Assembly (NCBI RefSeq): GCF_018350175.1 | Contig: NC_058368.1 | Location: forward strand, 82,958,001-83,022,000 | From: Felis catus | Lineage: Eukaryota | Direction: 5' to 3' | DNA length: 64,000 bases | Shown here: positions 24,001 to 37,465 of the stretch, in pieces | Layout of the letters: every line of letters begins with the position of its first letter | Position numbering within the stretch: the stretch's first letter is position 1 | Made by a program: the position numbers and the translations under genes | Notes under the pieces: generated by a model | Database searches by the model: none | The model's input: only the letters and a program-made list of their open reading frames with translations | What the model was told of the DNA's origin: nothing

Positions 24001-27000
24001 TACAAATCAAACCCACGGTGAGATGTCACCTCACACCTGTCAAAATCATTAAAGTTAACAACACAAGAAACTAAGCATTTTGCATGGATCTGTAGAAAGA
24101 GGAACTCTCTTGCACTATTCGTGATAATGCAAACTAGTGCACCCAATTTGGAGAACTGTATGGAGGTTTCTCGAGAAACTAAATATAGAACTACCATATG
24201 ATCCAGTAATTGCTGTATTAGGTATTTAAGCAAATAAAACAAAAATGCAGATTCAGATGGATACATGCACCCTAAATTTACAGCAACATTATCAACAATA
24301 GCAAAGATATGAAGACGGCCCAAGTGTCCATCAACCTTTGAATAGATAAATATGTGTTGTATATATACTATGGGATATTACTCAGCCATCAAAAGAATGA
24401 AATCCTGCCATTTGTAATGACATTGATGGGACTAGAATGTATTATGATAAGTGAAATAAGTCAGAGAAAGACAAATACCATATTATTATACTCATAGGTA
24501 GAATTTAAGAAACAATACAGATGAACATATGGGAAGGGGGAGAAAAGAGGGAAACAAGCCACAAGAGACTCTTAATGATAGAGAAGAAACTATGGGTTGA
24601 TGGAGGGAGGTTGGTGGGAAATGGGCTAGATGGCTGATGTAGGCTAAGTAGGGCACTTGTGATGAGCACTGGGTTCTGTATGCAAGAGAAGAATCATTGA
24701 ATTCTACTCCTGAATCAATATTGCACTGTAAGTTAAGTAACTAAAATTTAAATTTTAAAAACCTAAAAAAATAAACAAAATTGATAAAACCCTAGCCAGA
24801 TTTATCAAAAAGAGAAAAGAAAGGATCCAAATAGATAAAATTATGAATGAAAGAGGAGAGATCACAGCCAACACCACAGAAATGCAAACAATTATAAAAT
24901 AATACTATGAAAAGCTATATGCCAACACACTGGGCAATCTGAAAGAAATGGACAAATTCCTAGAAACCCACAAACTACCAAAACTGACACAGGGAGAAAT
25001 AGAAAATTTGACCAGACCTATAACCAGCAAAGGAATTGAATCGGTAATCAAAAATCTACCCACAAACAAGACTCCTGGGCCAGATGACTTTCCAGGAGAA
25101 TTATGCCAGACATTTAAAGAAGAGTAATACCTATTTTTCTCAATCTGTTCCAAAAAATAAAAATGGAAATAAAACTTCCAAACACATTCTCTGAAGCCAG
25201 AATTACCTTGATTCCAAAACCAAAGACCACAGTTAAAAGGAGAATAAGGCCAATATCCCTTTTGAACCTGGATGCACAAATTCTCAACAAGTTACTGGCA
25301 AAACAAACAGTACAGGAAAATAGTTATTCACAACAATCAAGTGGGATTTATTCCTGGACTGCAGTGCTGGTTCAATATTTGTAAATCAATCAACATGTGA
25401 CAACGCATTAATAAAAGAAAAGATAAGAACCATAAGATACTGTCAAACAGATGCAGAAAATGTATTTGAAAAAATACAGTATTCATTCTTGATAAAAACT
25501 CTCAACGAATTAGTCATTATGGAACATACTTCAACATCATAAGGCCATATACAAAAGACCCACAGCTAATATCTGATTAACTGATAGCCTTTTCCCTTTG
25601 GTCAGGATAAGGGTGTCAACTTTTACCATTACGGTTTGACAAAGTACTGGAATCTTAGCCTCAGCAATCAGAAAACAAAAAGAAATAAAGGACATCCAAA
25701 TCAGGAAGAAATCAAACTTGCACTATTTGTAGAAGACATGATACTTTATGTAGAAAGCCCAAAAGACTGTACCGAAAATTTTCTAGAACTAATGCATGAT
25801 GAATTCAGCAAAGTCACAGGATGTAAAATCAAGTGCAGAAATCTGTTGTATTTATATACATCAATAACTAAACAGTAGAGATAGAAATCAAGGAATCTAT
25901 CTCATTTACAACTGAACCAAAAACAATGATATACCTAGAAATAAATTTAACCAGAGAGGTAAAAGATTTGTATCCTGAAAAGTATAGAACACTTATGAAA
26001 GAAATTGAAAAGGACACAAAGAAATGGAAAAACATTCCATGTTCATAGATTGGAAGAACATTGTTAAAATGTATGTACTACCCAAATCAGTCTGCATTTT
26101 TAATTCAATCTTTATCTAAATACCAACAACATTTTTCACAAGGCTAGAATAACAACCATAAAACTTGTGTGGAACTACAAAGATGTTAAATAGCCAAAAC
26201 AATCTTAAAAAAGAAAAGTAAAGCTGGAGGGATCATAATTCCAGACTTCAAGTTACATTACAAAGCTGTAGTCTCAAGATAGTATGGTGCTCACATGAAA
26301 ATAGACATATAGATCAATGGAAGAGTTCAGAAACTCCAGCAATGAACCCATACTATATCAACTAATCTTTAACAGAGTAGTAAAGAATATCAAATGGAAA
26401 AAATACAGTCTTCTCAACAAATAATGGTGTGAAACCTGTACTATAACATGTAAAAGAATGAAACTGGACGTCTTTCTTACACCATACACAAAAATTTATA
26501 CAAATGGATGAAAGACCTAACTCTGAGACCTGAAACCATAAAAATCGTAGAAGAGTACACAGGTAATAACTTCTTTGACATTGCCTGTAGCCATATTTTT
26601 CTGGATATGTCCACTGAGGCAAAGAAAACAAAACCAAAATAAACTATTGGGACTACATCAAAATAAAAAGCATCTGAACATCAACAGAAAAGTTCAATGA
26701 AATTCAAAGCAAACTAGGATAGATGTTTGCAAATGATATATTTCATAAAGTGTTAGTATCCAAAATATATAAAGAAGTTCAACTCACCCCCCCGATAATC
26801 CATTGTAAAAATGGGCAAAAGACTTGAACATTTCCCCAAAGAGTACATGCAGATGGCCAATAGACATATAAATAAATGTTCACTATCAATTTGTCATTTG
26901 TGAAATGTAAATCAAAACTACAATGAGATATCACTTCAAATATTTTAGAATGACTAAAATCAAAGACACAAAATTCAACAAGTGTTTTTGAAGATGTTGA

Positions 27001-27665
27001 AAACAGGAATCATTTTAGACTGTTGGTGGGAATGCAAACTGGTGCAGCAACTGTGCATAAAATTATGGAGGTTCATCAAAAAGCTAAAAATAAAATTACC
27101 CTGTGATCCAGTGATCACACCTCAATGTATTTTCCTCCAAAATACACAAACACTAATTCAATGGGATCCATGCACCTCTATATTTATGGCAGCTTTATCT
27201 ACAACTGATAAATGGATAAATAAGAAGTGTGGGATATCTATATATATCTACGTATCCATATAATGGAATGTTATTCAGCCATAAAAGGGAATGAAATCTT
27301 GCCATTTGCAATGACATGGATGGAACTATAAAGTATAATGCTTAATGAAATAAGTCAGAGAACAACAAATCTATCATTTCACTCGTGTGGAATTTAAGAA
27401 ACAAAATGTGTAAGCAAGGGGGGTGGTCAAAAGAGAGAGAGGGAGATAAATCAAGTAAAGGACTAATTTATAGAGAACAAATAGATGGTTACCAGAGGGG
27501 AAGGAGTGGGAGTTTGGGTACATAGGTGATGGGGATTAAGGAGTGCATTTGTCTTGATGAGCACTGTGTAATAAATGGAATTGTTGAATCACTGTACTGT
27601 ACACCTGAAATTAATATAACAATGCATGTTAATTAACTTTAATTAAAATAAAACTAGAAAAAAAG
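21010..27665 (+). mobile_element. Carnivore L1 (L1 #3), mid-ORF1 to 3' end, split by a nested L1
   Basis: ORF1 ends ...gggaccctcTGA (~21621). ORF2 breaks at 22836 (aaaattg) and resumes at 24781 (ttgataaaaccctagccaga). The L1_Carn-type 3'UTR ends ~27665. Confidence 0.88.
22837..24774 (+). mobile_element. 5'-truncated L1 nested in L1 #3
   Basis: Starts at the RT DD motif region (tagatgacata...) and runs to a complete 3'UTR and A-rich tail. Short degenerate TSD aaaaaattg (22828-22836) / acaaaattg (24775-24783). Confidence 0.82.
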
Positions 27666-28763
27666 ATATAATTCTAAATTTCTTTTGAGAATTAGTAATA
27701 ATGTAATTAGGGTCATATTTTCAGTAACAACCAGTAAAATAGCATCAAGATTTACAATAATGCTGGGTTTTTTTCACATAAAACCAAAAAATTCCAAAAG
27801 ATGAAACAATGCCATCAGTTCATGTCCCCAAACCAAAAGTAGGATGTAACTGTGTTGAGAGAATGAAAAGAGAATAAAAGGATGAAGGTGACAATGTAGA
27901 AAGGGTCAGCATTCCATGCACATTAGCCTGATTTACAAATCATACACTGGTATTTGGGATTGAGGAATCAAGCATTAGGAGATAAGTATACTGTTTACAA
28001 TATAAAGAAAGTATTCAGACAAACTCAAAAATTTGAGTATTTGTCTTGAGTGTCAGGAAGAATGAATTATGCAACCATCATTTTCCCCTGTTGTTTTTTG
28101 ATGCCATGCCTATGCATTATATAAATGAAATATTAAAGTAATATACACATTATTGTAGAGTTAATAATTTACATATACTCAAATTTCCCCCTTTGTGAAT
28201 CTCCAAATCCGTTTTAAAAAAAAAATACAGCAGGGTTCTGGGTCTATATGGAGCAATTGATTTACAAATTTTGGGTGGCTATTGACAAATTGCAAGTGAA
28301 AAACTCTTTTCTTAAATTGGTGTTTGGATAAGTATGAGACCAGCATACCAGGCAGATATAGGAAATAATTTAATTTCAGAATTTCAATTACTGACAAAAT
28401 TGATAATGTATTATTTGCAATTAACCATTGAATTAACATTGCTGGTACTCTAATCATTTGTATTTTATATAGGGCTTACATAATAAATATTCCATTAGGT
28501 AGTTAATATTATAACAGTTTAAACATGAGAAAAAAACGCAGCATGAAATAAAATGTAAGTCATATTTGTGCTTTGATGCCATGCCACATGACTTTCAATG
28601 CAGCATCTTTTTGATTTTCTATATTTTCCTGTTTTTGTGCTAATAACCTATATCTGATATCATTTAAATAAGCATTGCATCTGAAATGGAAGCAATAGCA
28701 GAAATTGAATGTCTGTTTCAAGGTCTAAAATAATATCTTTTTTATTTGTAAAAATAAATTAGA

Positions 28764-28938
28764 GAGGTGCCCAGTGGGTGGTTTGGTCGAGTGTCCAACT
28801 CTTGATGCTGGCTCAGGTCATGATCCCAAGGTTCTGGGATCGAGCCCTGCATCAAGCTCCATGATGAACATGGAGTCTGGGATTCTCTCTCCCTCCCTCT
28901 CTCTGTCTCTCTCTCTCTCTCTCTGTCAAAATAAACTA
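28764..28938 (+). mobile_element. Older CanSINE
   Basis: gtgtccaactcttgat...gctcaggtcatgatccc...gggatcgagccctgc, then (CT)n and aaaataaa. Confidence 0.85.
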
Positions 28939-29487
28939 ACTAGATGTTTTCCCTTTCATTTTCCTTTTGTTCAGTGAAATCACAATGAGTAATCTATTCA
29001 GAGACAATTTACAAAAAGATTTTCACTTATCTTGATTTTTTAATTACATTAAACATACACTGACGAATAAACTAATTAATTAATTAATCAGGTGATTTCT
29101 TACTAAGTTGGAGAAAAAAGTCTTGAACCTGAACAATGTCCATACATGGCAAAGGAATGAGGCACTATCAACTTTTACTGGCTATCTCCACTGGATGAAA
29201 CCTGACTTGTGACAAGATCTGTGCCAGTATTAAATTAAAGTGTATTTTATCCTGACCAATGATTCTTGATGTTAAAATAACCTCAACATTTTATGATGTT
29301 AATCTTGATGATAAATCAAGATTCAGATTTGAAATGACTTTCCCTGGTTCCCCTGCTAGTAACTTAGGTTCTAAATGAATAGATATTGATATTTATATGT
29401 TAAAAGTGCATTTAAATAGAGAAACTGTCTTATCCTTCAAAATGTAATTCTAAAGTTACTGGATATCCCTTTTAACTGCTCAAAACT

Positions 29488-29513
29488 TAAATAAATAAAT
29501 AAATAAATAAATA
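29488..29513. repeat. (TAAA)6 repeat
   Basis: Directly visible. Confidence 0.9.
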
Positions 29514-32500
29514 CACAGATAAGATGAGCGCTATTCAAATGGAAATTCACTATAGATAAAAGAGGGTCAAGAATGTATATGAGAAGTCCTTTATGCACAA
29601 AAAAATTGCTTTAGTATTTAAATTTTGGTTATTTTAACATCTGTTTCCTTTTATTCTGTGGATACCTCATTGCCACTTGTTCCCTGCCAATATCTAACTC
29701 TAATAAATGGTTTAGAAAAATACAGACAAAATAGTAAAAGGAAAAAAAAAGAAAAATACAGACATCATTTCCAGATCCTCTGAGTGAAATGAAATTCATG
29801 CTTGCTCCTTTACCAGTGTCCCTAGGTGATTTTAATTATTCAAAAAAAGACCAATATATTATTTCCTCTGTAAACTGAGCTGTAAAATATATATTTGAGA
29901 TATATAGTTGTCCCTACATCATAAGGAAATTTTTCCAATTATTGTCCAGTATCAAGGTAATGTGCAAATTACCATCACAGAAATTCAATATCCATTATTT
30001 TATCTGCATAAATATCTTTTCTTTATGATTTTATTCAGTTGAAAACAAAAACTGAAAAAAGCCTCACATTATCACTTTATATATTTATAGAAGAAATAGA
30101 ATTTTAAAATTATCATTATTATAGTGATGAAAAGCTGATTCCTACAGATTTTAAGTGAATTATTTAAGACTGTGTGATAATACAGTGGTAGATCTTGTGG
30201 GGTGACCTTTAGAAGCTTGAAAATGCAGTTTTACCCTGAAGCACATGTATTTTTTTTTCTAGACCACTTTTCCTTTGGTCAAAATCAATCCCAAATAAAT
30301 ATCTTTCTGATTTGTAAATAAGTTTGGTCACTTTTGATCTGATCATTTGCAAAGCAATAGAAAGAATGTAAAGTTACCAAAGAAGCCTTGAGTTGGATTT
30401 CTTCGAAATTTTGTAAGGAATCTCATATTAAAGATTTTAATACCATCTAGTTGTGAAAACTCTCCACTGGATTTCCAATCAATTTGGGTCACTCCCTCTA
30501 TTCTCAAGATCCTACATAAAATTGCACATCCCTGCAAGTGTTTTTAGTCTAGATTCTACTAAAAACAGACAGGCTAATTCTCAGTTTCTTTCATCAGTGT
30601 TTTATAGTTTTCAGAATACAGGTATTTTACCTCTTTGGTTAGGTTTATTCCTAGGTATCTTATAGTGTTGATGCAATTGTAAATAGGATCCCTTTCTGCT
30701 GCTTCATTATTTAAGTGAAATGCTACAGATTTCTGTACTTCGATTTTGTATCCTGTGACTTTACTGAATCTGTGTATCAGTTCTAGCAATTGTTTTGAGT
30801 GGAGTCTTCTGGGTTTTTTAATATAGAATTATGTCATCTGCAAATAATGAAAAACTTGATTTCTTCCTTGCTGATTTGGTTGTTTTTTATTTTTTTATGT
30901 TGTCTGATTTATAGGCTAGGAACTCTGGTACTGTGTTAAATGAGAGTTCTGGGCGTGGACACCTCTGTTTTGTTCCTCTCTGTAGAAGAAAATCTCTCAG
31001 TTTTTTAACATTGAGAATGATGTCATCTGTGGATTTCTCATATAGGGCATTTATTATATTGAGGTATGTTTCTGCTACACCTATTTTGTTGAGAGTTTAT
31101 GTCAAGAATGGATGCCGTACTTTGTCACATGTTTTTGTCCTGTACCTATTGAAAGGATCATATGGTTCTTACCATCTCTTTTATTAATGTGGTGTATCAC
31201 ATTTTTTGATTTATGAATATTAAACCACGCTTAAAGACCATGAATAAATCCCACTTGATTGTGGTGAATGATTCTTATAATGTACTGCTGAATTTAATTT
31301 TCTAGTATTTTATTGAGAATTTTTGCATCCCTGTTCATCAGTTTAATTGACCGGTAATTCTCTTTTTTTAGCAGTATTTCTGTCTGGTTTTGTAATCAAA
31401 GTAATGCTGGCCCCATAGAATGAGTTTGGAAGTTTTCCTTCTATTTCTAGTTTTTTGGAATTAATTCAAAAGAATGAGTATTAACACTTCTTTAAATGTT
31501 TGGTAGACTTCTCCTGTAAAGCCCTGGATTTTTGTTTGTTGGGAGATTTTTGGTTAGTGATTCAATTTCTTTACTGGTTATTGGTATGTTCAAGTTTTCT
31601 ATTTATTCCTGTTTCAGTTTTGTTAGTTTATGTTTCTTGGAATGTATCCATTTATTCCAAGTTGTCCAATTTTTTGGCATCTGGTTTATTATAATATTCT
31701 CTCATAATCATATTTATTTCTGTGATTTTGGTTGTTATTTCTCCTCTCCAATTTGTAATTTTAGTTATTCTGGTATTTTTTACTTTTTGATATATATTCT
31801 TATATATCACTTTTGCTGCATCCCAAAGGTTTTTGGCAGTGTGTTTTCATTTTTATTTTTTTCCATGCATTTTTTAAAAATTTCTTCTTTATTTCCTAGT
31901 TGATCCACTCGTTTAATAGCATACTGTTTAACCTCCATGTGTTAGTTGTCTTTCCAAATTTTTTTCTCATGATTGACTTCAAGTTTCATGGTGTTGTGGT
32001 AAGAAATTATGCATGATATGATCCTAATCTTTTGGTAATTGTTGAATTATGTTTTGTGACCTAGTATGTGATCTATTATGGAGAATGTCTCATGTGCACT
32101 TGAAAAGAATGCATATTCTGCTGCTTCAAGATGGAATGTTCTTAATATGTATGTAAAGTCCATCTTGTACTGCATGTCATTCAAAGTCATTATTTCCTTG
32201 TTGATTTGCTGTTTATATGATCTGTCCATTGATGTAAGTGGGGTATAAAAGTCCCCTATTATTATTATCAATAGGTTTCTTTATGTTTGTTATTAATAGT
32301 TTTATATATTTGGGTGTTCATGTTGAGGGTATAAATATTTACAGTTGTTAGATCTTGTTGAATATTCCCCTTTATTATGATATAACCCCTTCTTCATCTT
32401 TTGTTACTTTCTTTGGTTAAAAATCTAGTTTGTCTGATATAGGTATGGCTACTCCAGCTTTCTTTGGATATCCATTTGCATGATACACATTTCTTCATCC

Positions 32501-33366
32501 CCTCACTTTCAATCTGCAGATGTCATTAGGTCTAAAATGAGACTTTTTTGGCAGTGTAAGATGGATCTTATTTTAAGTCCATTCTGAAACTCTGTCTTTT
32601 GATTGGAATACTTAGCTCATGTACATTCAGAGTGATTATATATATGTTAAGTGCCATTTTATTACTTTTTTTCTGTAGATTTTCTCTGTTTGTTTTGTTT
32701 TGTTTTATTTTTTTCTACTCTCTCACAGTCTCTCCTGTGCACTACAAGTTCCTTTTAATATTTCCTGCAGGAGTGGTTTAGTGATCATGGACCACTTTAG
32801 GTTGGTTTGTCTGGAAAACTATAACTCCTTCTATTCTGAATGATAGACTTGCTAGATAGTGTATTCTTGGCTGCAGATATTTCCTATTCAACATGTTGAA
32901 TATATTGTGCCAATTCCATCTGTTTTGCCAAGTTCCTGTGGAGACATCTGCAACTAACCATATACGTCTTCCCTTGTAAGTTAGGGAATTGTTTTGTCTT
33001 GCTGCTTTTACGATTGTTTCTTTATCACTATATTTTGCAAATTCAATTACAACATGTCTCAACATTGGCCTCCTTTTTTTGCTCTTGATGGGAGTTCTCT
33101 GTGTCTCTTGGATCTGGATGTTTATTTCCTTTCTCATTTTAGGAACGTTTTCAGCAACTATTTTCTCAAATAAGTATTCTGCCCACTCCTCAGTCCTCAG
33201 GTTCTTTGGGAATCGTATAATAAGGATATTAGTAGGTTTGAGTCATTGAAGTCCCTAAGTTTATTCTCATGTTCCATAATTCCTGTTTCTCTCTTTTGTT
33301 CTGCTTCATTATTTTCCATTATTTTGTTTTATATCACTTATTTGTTTTTCTGCTTCTTCTATCCTT

Positions 33367-33581
33367 TTTAATTTTTTTATGTTTATTTACTATTGAGAAA
33401 CAGAGAGAGACAGAGCATGAACAGGGAGGGGTAGAGAGAAGGGGAGACACAGAATCTGAAGCAGGCTCCAGACTTTGAGCCATCAGCACAGAGCTCAAAA
33501 CAGGGCTCGAACTCACAAACTGCGAGATCATGATCTGAGCCAAAGCCGGATGCTTAACTGACTGAGTCACCCAGGCGCCCC
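33367..33581 (-). mobile_element. CanSINE in ORF1 of L1 #4
   Basis: Full head. TSD tctgcttcttctatcctt (33349-33366) / tctacttcttcgatcctt (33582-33599). Confidence 0.95.
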
Positions 33582-34229
33582 TCTACTTCTTCGATCCTTA
33601 TGTGCACTGCATCCAGTCTGTTTTGAATCTCACTTATTGGATTTCTCATTTCTGACTATTTGTTTTTAACATTTTTGTTTGTTTCTGCTGTAAGAACCTC
33701 CCTGAAGCCTTCCATTTTTTATCTCAGGTCCAGTGACTATCTTTATTATTGTTTTAAATTGTCCATCAGATATATTACTTGTATCTGTTTCATTTAGTCT
33801 CTGGTTGTGACCTTATCTTATTTTATTTAGGATGAAATCCTCTCTCTTGGCACTTTGCATAAGTCTCTGTCTTTATTTCTGTGTTGGAAGACTGTTCTGT
33901 TTCCTGCCCCTGAGAGAGATGACCTAATGAAGAAGAGGTTGTATAGTGTCTAGGTCCTCATGCTTCAGGGACTCTCTGGTGTATGCTTCATGCATTCTGC
34001 TGCTGTTTTTGCTGCTCTCTCAGGTCAGTCATCTGTGGAAGTTCTCCCTGCCTGCAATGGGTAGTATTTCATCCTTGGCCAGAGTTGGGAGGTTTACTAC
34101 ATGGGCTCTGAGCTGCTTTTTAAATGAGACCTAATGCTATTTCTATTAGAATTGAAGCCTTATAGATCTCTCTGGTCAGTATACTTGGTGTGGGCAGGAT
34201 CTTACACTCCGGTCTTGTGAAGGAAGGGC

Positions 34230-35080
34230 CACCATACTGTGACTGAGGCAAATTTGACAAGAAAGGGCAGTAGCATCAGAGCATAGGAGTGTGGGACCCA
34301 GCATGAGAAGCTTAAGCAGCCAGTGTAGGCCTTGTACTGTTTATCTCAGGTTGTTTACACTAGGGGTGGAGAGGGAAATTGCTTCAGCCAGCACCTTTGT
34401 CTCTGGAGGAGGATCTCCCTGCTTGCTGCTATCAGGGAAGTACTCCAAGAAGTGTGAATAACCTCCCCCTTTTATGTCCAAGGCATTTTGTCAGTCACTG
34501 TTTTCATTCTGTCTTACACCAGGTTGGTTGCCTGTCTTCTCTCCATGAGAAGTGTAGTGCACTCAGGCTCTATCTCAGCCAAGCCTGCTGACTTTTAAAA
34601 CTCCAGGATCTGGGGACATGTAGACATAGTGCACCAGATCTCTTAGAGGGGAAGATATCCCTGCACTGGGATTGAATCAGGTTTGACCCAAAAAGTGCAG
34701 TTGTGCCAGAGTGCAGCGGCATAGGATTTAGAGCATCAGGCTAGGCAGCCAGTGTTGGGGTGAAGTTGCCCTGATCAGGTGGCTCTCCATTTTTGCTGAG
34801 AGGCACTGGAGGGAAATGGCACCTGCTGGCTCCTTGGTCCCCAGAGAGATGTCTCCATGAACACTACCTGTCATGGACATGCTCCAATAAGAGTGAATAA
34901 TCTACACACACACACACACACACCACTGGGTGTCTCTAATCAGTCTTCAGATACTGCTGTCTGTCAATGGATTGCTTACCTGCCTTTTCTCCAGCAAAGC
35001 AGTGCTATCAGCAGTGCTATCTCAGCCAAGCCTGCACACCTTAAAAACGTCAGTGTTCAAGCACCACTAGTTGCAAAAAC
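34230..35080. repeat. Diverged ~440-bp duplicated unit in L1 #4 5'UTR
   Basis: ctatctcagccaagcctgc at ~34570 and ~35017; gcagccagtgt at ~34316 and ~34745; gagggaaat at ~34371 and ~34809. Confidence 0.7.
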
Positions 35081-37011
35081 TTGTGAAAATCGGTCCCTCT
35101 CATTTTCCTAGCTAGTGATTTTTGGAAAATGTTCTCTTTGTGCATTGCCCTGTGTGCTCCTTTCTCTCTCTTTCCTTTCTCTGTGACCAGGGCTCCCTCA
35201 CCTCTGAAACACCTGTTTCTCCCCCAAACCAAGTCTCTGCATTTCCTATTTTCTCTTCTCTTCTCTCTCTTTGGCCTCTTCTCTCCTATGTGTGAAATTT
35301 GTTATATCAGTCCTCATCTTGATTTATTGGGTATTCAGAAAGGTTTGATAGATATCTAATTGTGTTCAAGGAATGAGGCCAGCCTAGGGTTCTCCTACTA
35401 TGTTGCCATCTTAGCTCCTCCCTCAGTCTTTTTAATGTAGTATTTTCTGCTTAACTTAGACTGAATTTATTTTTGTTAAGAAATAAATTCCCTTCAGTTT
35501 AGAACCTTAGGTAATCACATTTTAAATCCAACTTATTTCAATTGTAAACTTTTCTAGTAAAGACTAAATGCTTAATGATAATTTGGCCACTGAAGCAGTG
35601 AATGTCTTCCTTCTATTCCAAATTTGAAAATTCAGTTACGTGATATGTGGTAAATCTTTCATCTTAAGCAAATGCTTCCTTTTAAAAAGTATTACTATAT
35701 TATTGTAGTTTCTTGTGATGAGAATATTTTCCACTGTATATTTGAAGAAAAGTCATACTTTTGTCATTCCCAAATCAAGTTCTTAATAGTCTATAAATCT
35801 CTAAAAGCTCACTTAGATTAAGTATAAAAATATACAAACTTATATGATTCCTTCTGAAGTGCAGATCTTTTATTTTGGAAAAAAATAACTATTTCCATTC
35901 AAATGCATCAGTCATCTATTACTATCATGCTTGGGGTAATACTTCTTATATGTTTATTCTAGCCTCCTTATTTACATCTGATTTCAGAAAATAAAGATTA
36001 TAACTGAATTATCCCATAAACAAACACTGATGACCATTCATTGATAGCGTTCAGGAGTAGAGTTAAGCTGGATATAATGGTAGGACTTTTGTAGCCTAGT
36101 GACTAAACAGATATATCTATTTAAAAATGTGGTAGAGAAAGGCTAACTAAAATCAATCCCTCAATCCTGGTTCGGTAGAACTATGACAATGCTAAATGTA
36201 TAATGAAATGTCCATAACAGAAATTATCGTATAAAACAGTAATAATGGCTTGGCTTTGGTGAATGTAAAATTTGAGTGTTTTGAGGAATGATTTGCAATT
36301 GGCTCAGATTGATTACTCATCACTTAATAGTGTGTAATTCCCATCAATATTTTTATAAAATGGCTCTGATTCTTTAATTTGCCTCTCTCCAGTCATAATT
36401 ATTTTTCCTGGGATAGACCTGTAATAAAATTGTTTTCTTGTGATTCATCTAGATACTTTCAGGCTCCCTCTCATAAAAGATATAAAATTTCCTCTCTAAC
36501 AGTGTGAAGGCTTCTAATTCCATGCAGATTTTTATGCCTAGTCTCTACATCTATCACCTTCCCTGAAAATTGGGAAACAGAAAAACCAGTATTCACTAGA
36601 GTATATATATATATAATCAGTAAAATCTTGGTTTGTGAGTATAATGTGTTCTGGAAACATGCTTATAATCCAAAGCACTTGTATATCACAGCGAATTTCA
36701 GGAACCATTGCCTCAATTGTGATCATGCAACATTCAGAGTCATGTACTACTCGTATTGCAAGACATTGCTCATTTATCAAGTTAAAGTTTATTTGAAATC
36801 TTTGCTTCTCTTTGTTTATTCAAATATACATTTATTTAAAAGCATTTATTTAAATAAACACAGAAAAGGTATTGAATTTATTGTACTTTTGTCCTTTGTC
36901 TTGTTTTCCCATTTTGAGGATATATCTAAGCATTAAAACTATTATACTGAATAATTCCATTAAATTTGACTGTTTCCAGTATCATTTCTACATATCAGTA
37001 AAGCCTCATTG

Positions 37012-37228
37012 GGGGTTCTTGGATGGTGCAGTAGGTTAAGCATCTGACTTCAGCCCAGTCATGATCTCAAGGTTTATGGGTTTAAGCCCCACATTGGGCT
37101 CTGTGCTGACAGCTCAGAGACTGGAGCTTGCTTCAGATTCTGTGTCTCCTTCTCCATGCCCCTCCCCCACTCACACTCTGAGGGTCTCTTAAAAATAAAA
37201 AAAAAAAACATTTAAAAAATTAGAAAAA
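37012..37228 (+). mobile_element. CanSINE
   Basis: tRNA-derived head and A-rich tail. Degenerate TSD aaagcctcattg / aaaccttattg. Confidence 0.9.
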
Positions 37229-37465
37229 AAACCTTATTGCCCACAAATTAGGATAAAATATATGGCCTTTATCTTTATTGAAAAAATTACCACAAAGAAA
37301 ACAAAAAGAGTGATCAGTAATATACAATTGTTTGGTCAAATCTCAATTATTTTAATCTTCTAGGTTATTTTAGTCCTTGTCTTCAACCCTGAAATAATAT
37401 TGCCCTTAAGGTGTAAAAAAGGTGAAATTGGTCTTCTTATGAGACTGCAGGACTGAGAGTTTCCT

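Larger units (their letters stand above)
30580..35422 (-). mobile_element. L1 #4: intact 5' end, 5'UTR, ORF1 and ORF2 to just past RT; lacks the 3' end
   Basis: The minus strand starts gggaggagctAAGATGGCaac. ORF1 fragments (32778-33137 INIQIQETQRTP...LQPRIHY) and ORF2 fragments (32047-32271 IIGDFYTPL; 30574-30789 [12 protein letters not shown]). No 3'UTR or poly(A). Confidence 0.9.
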
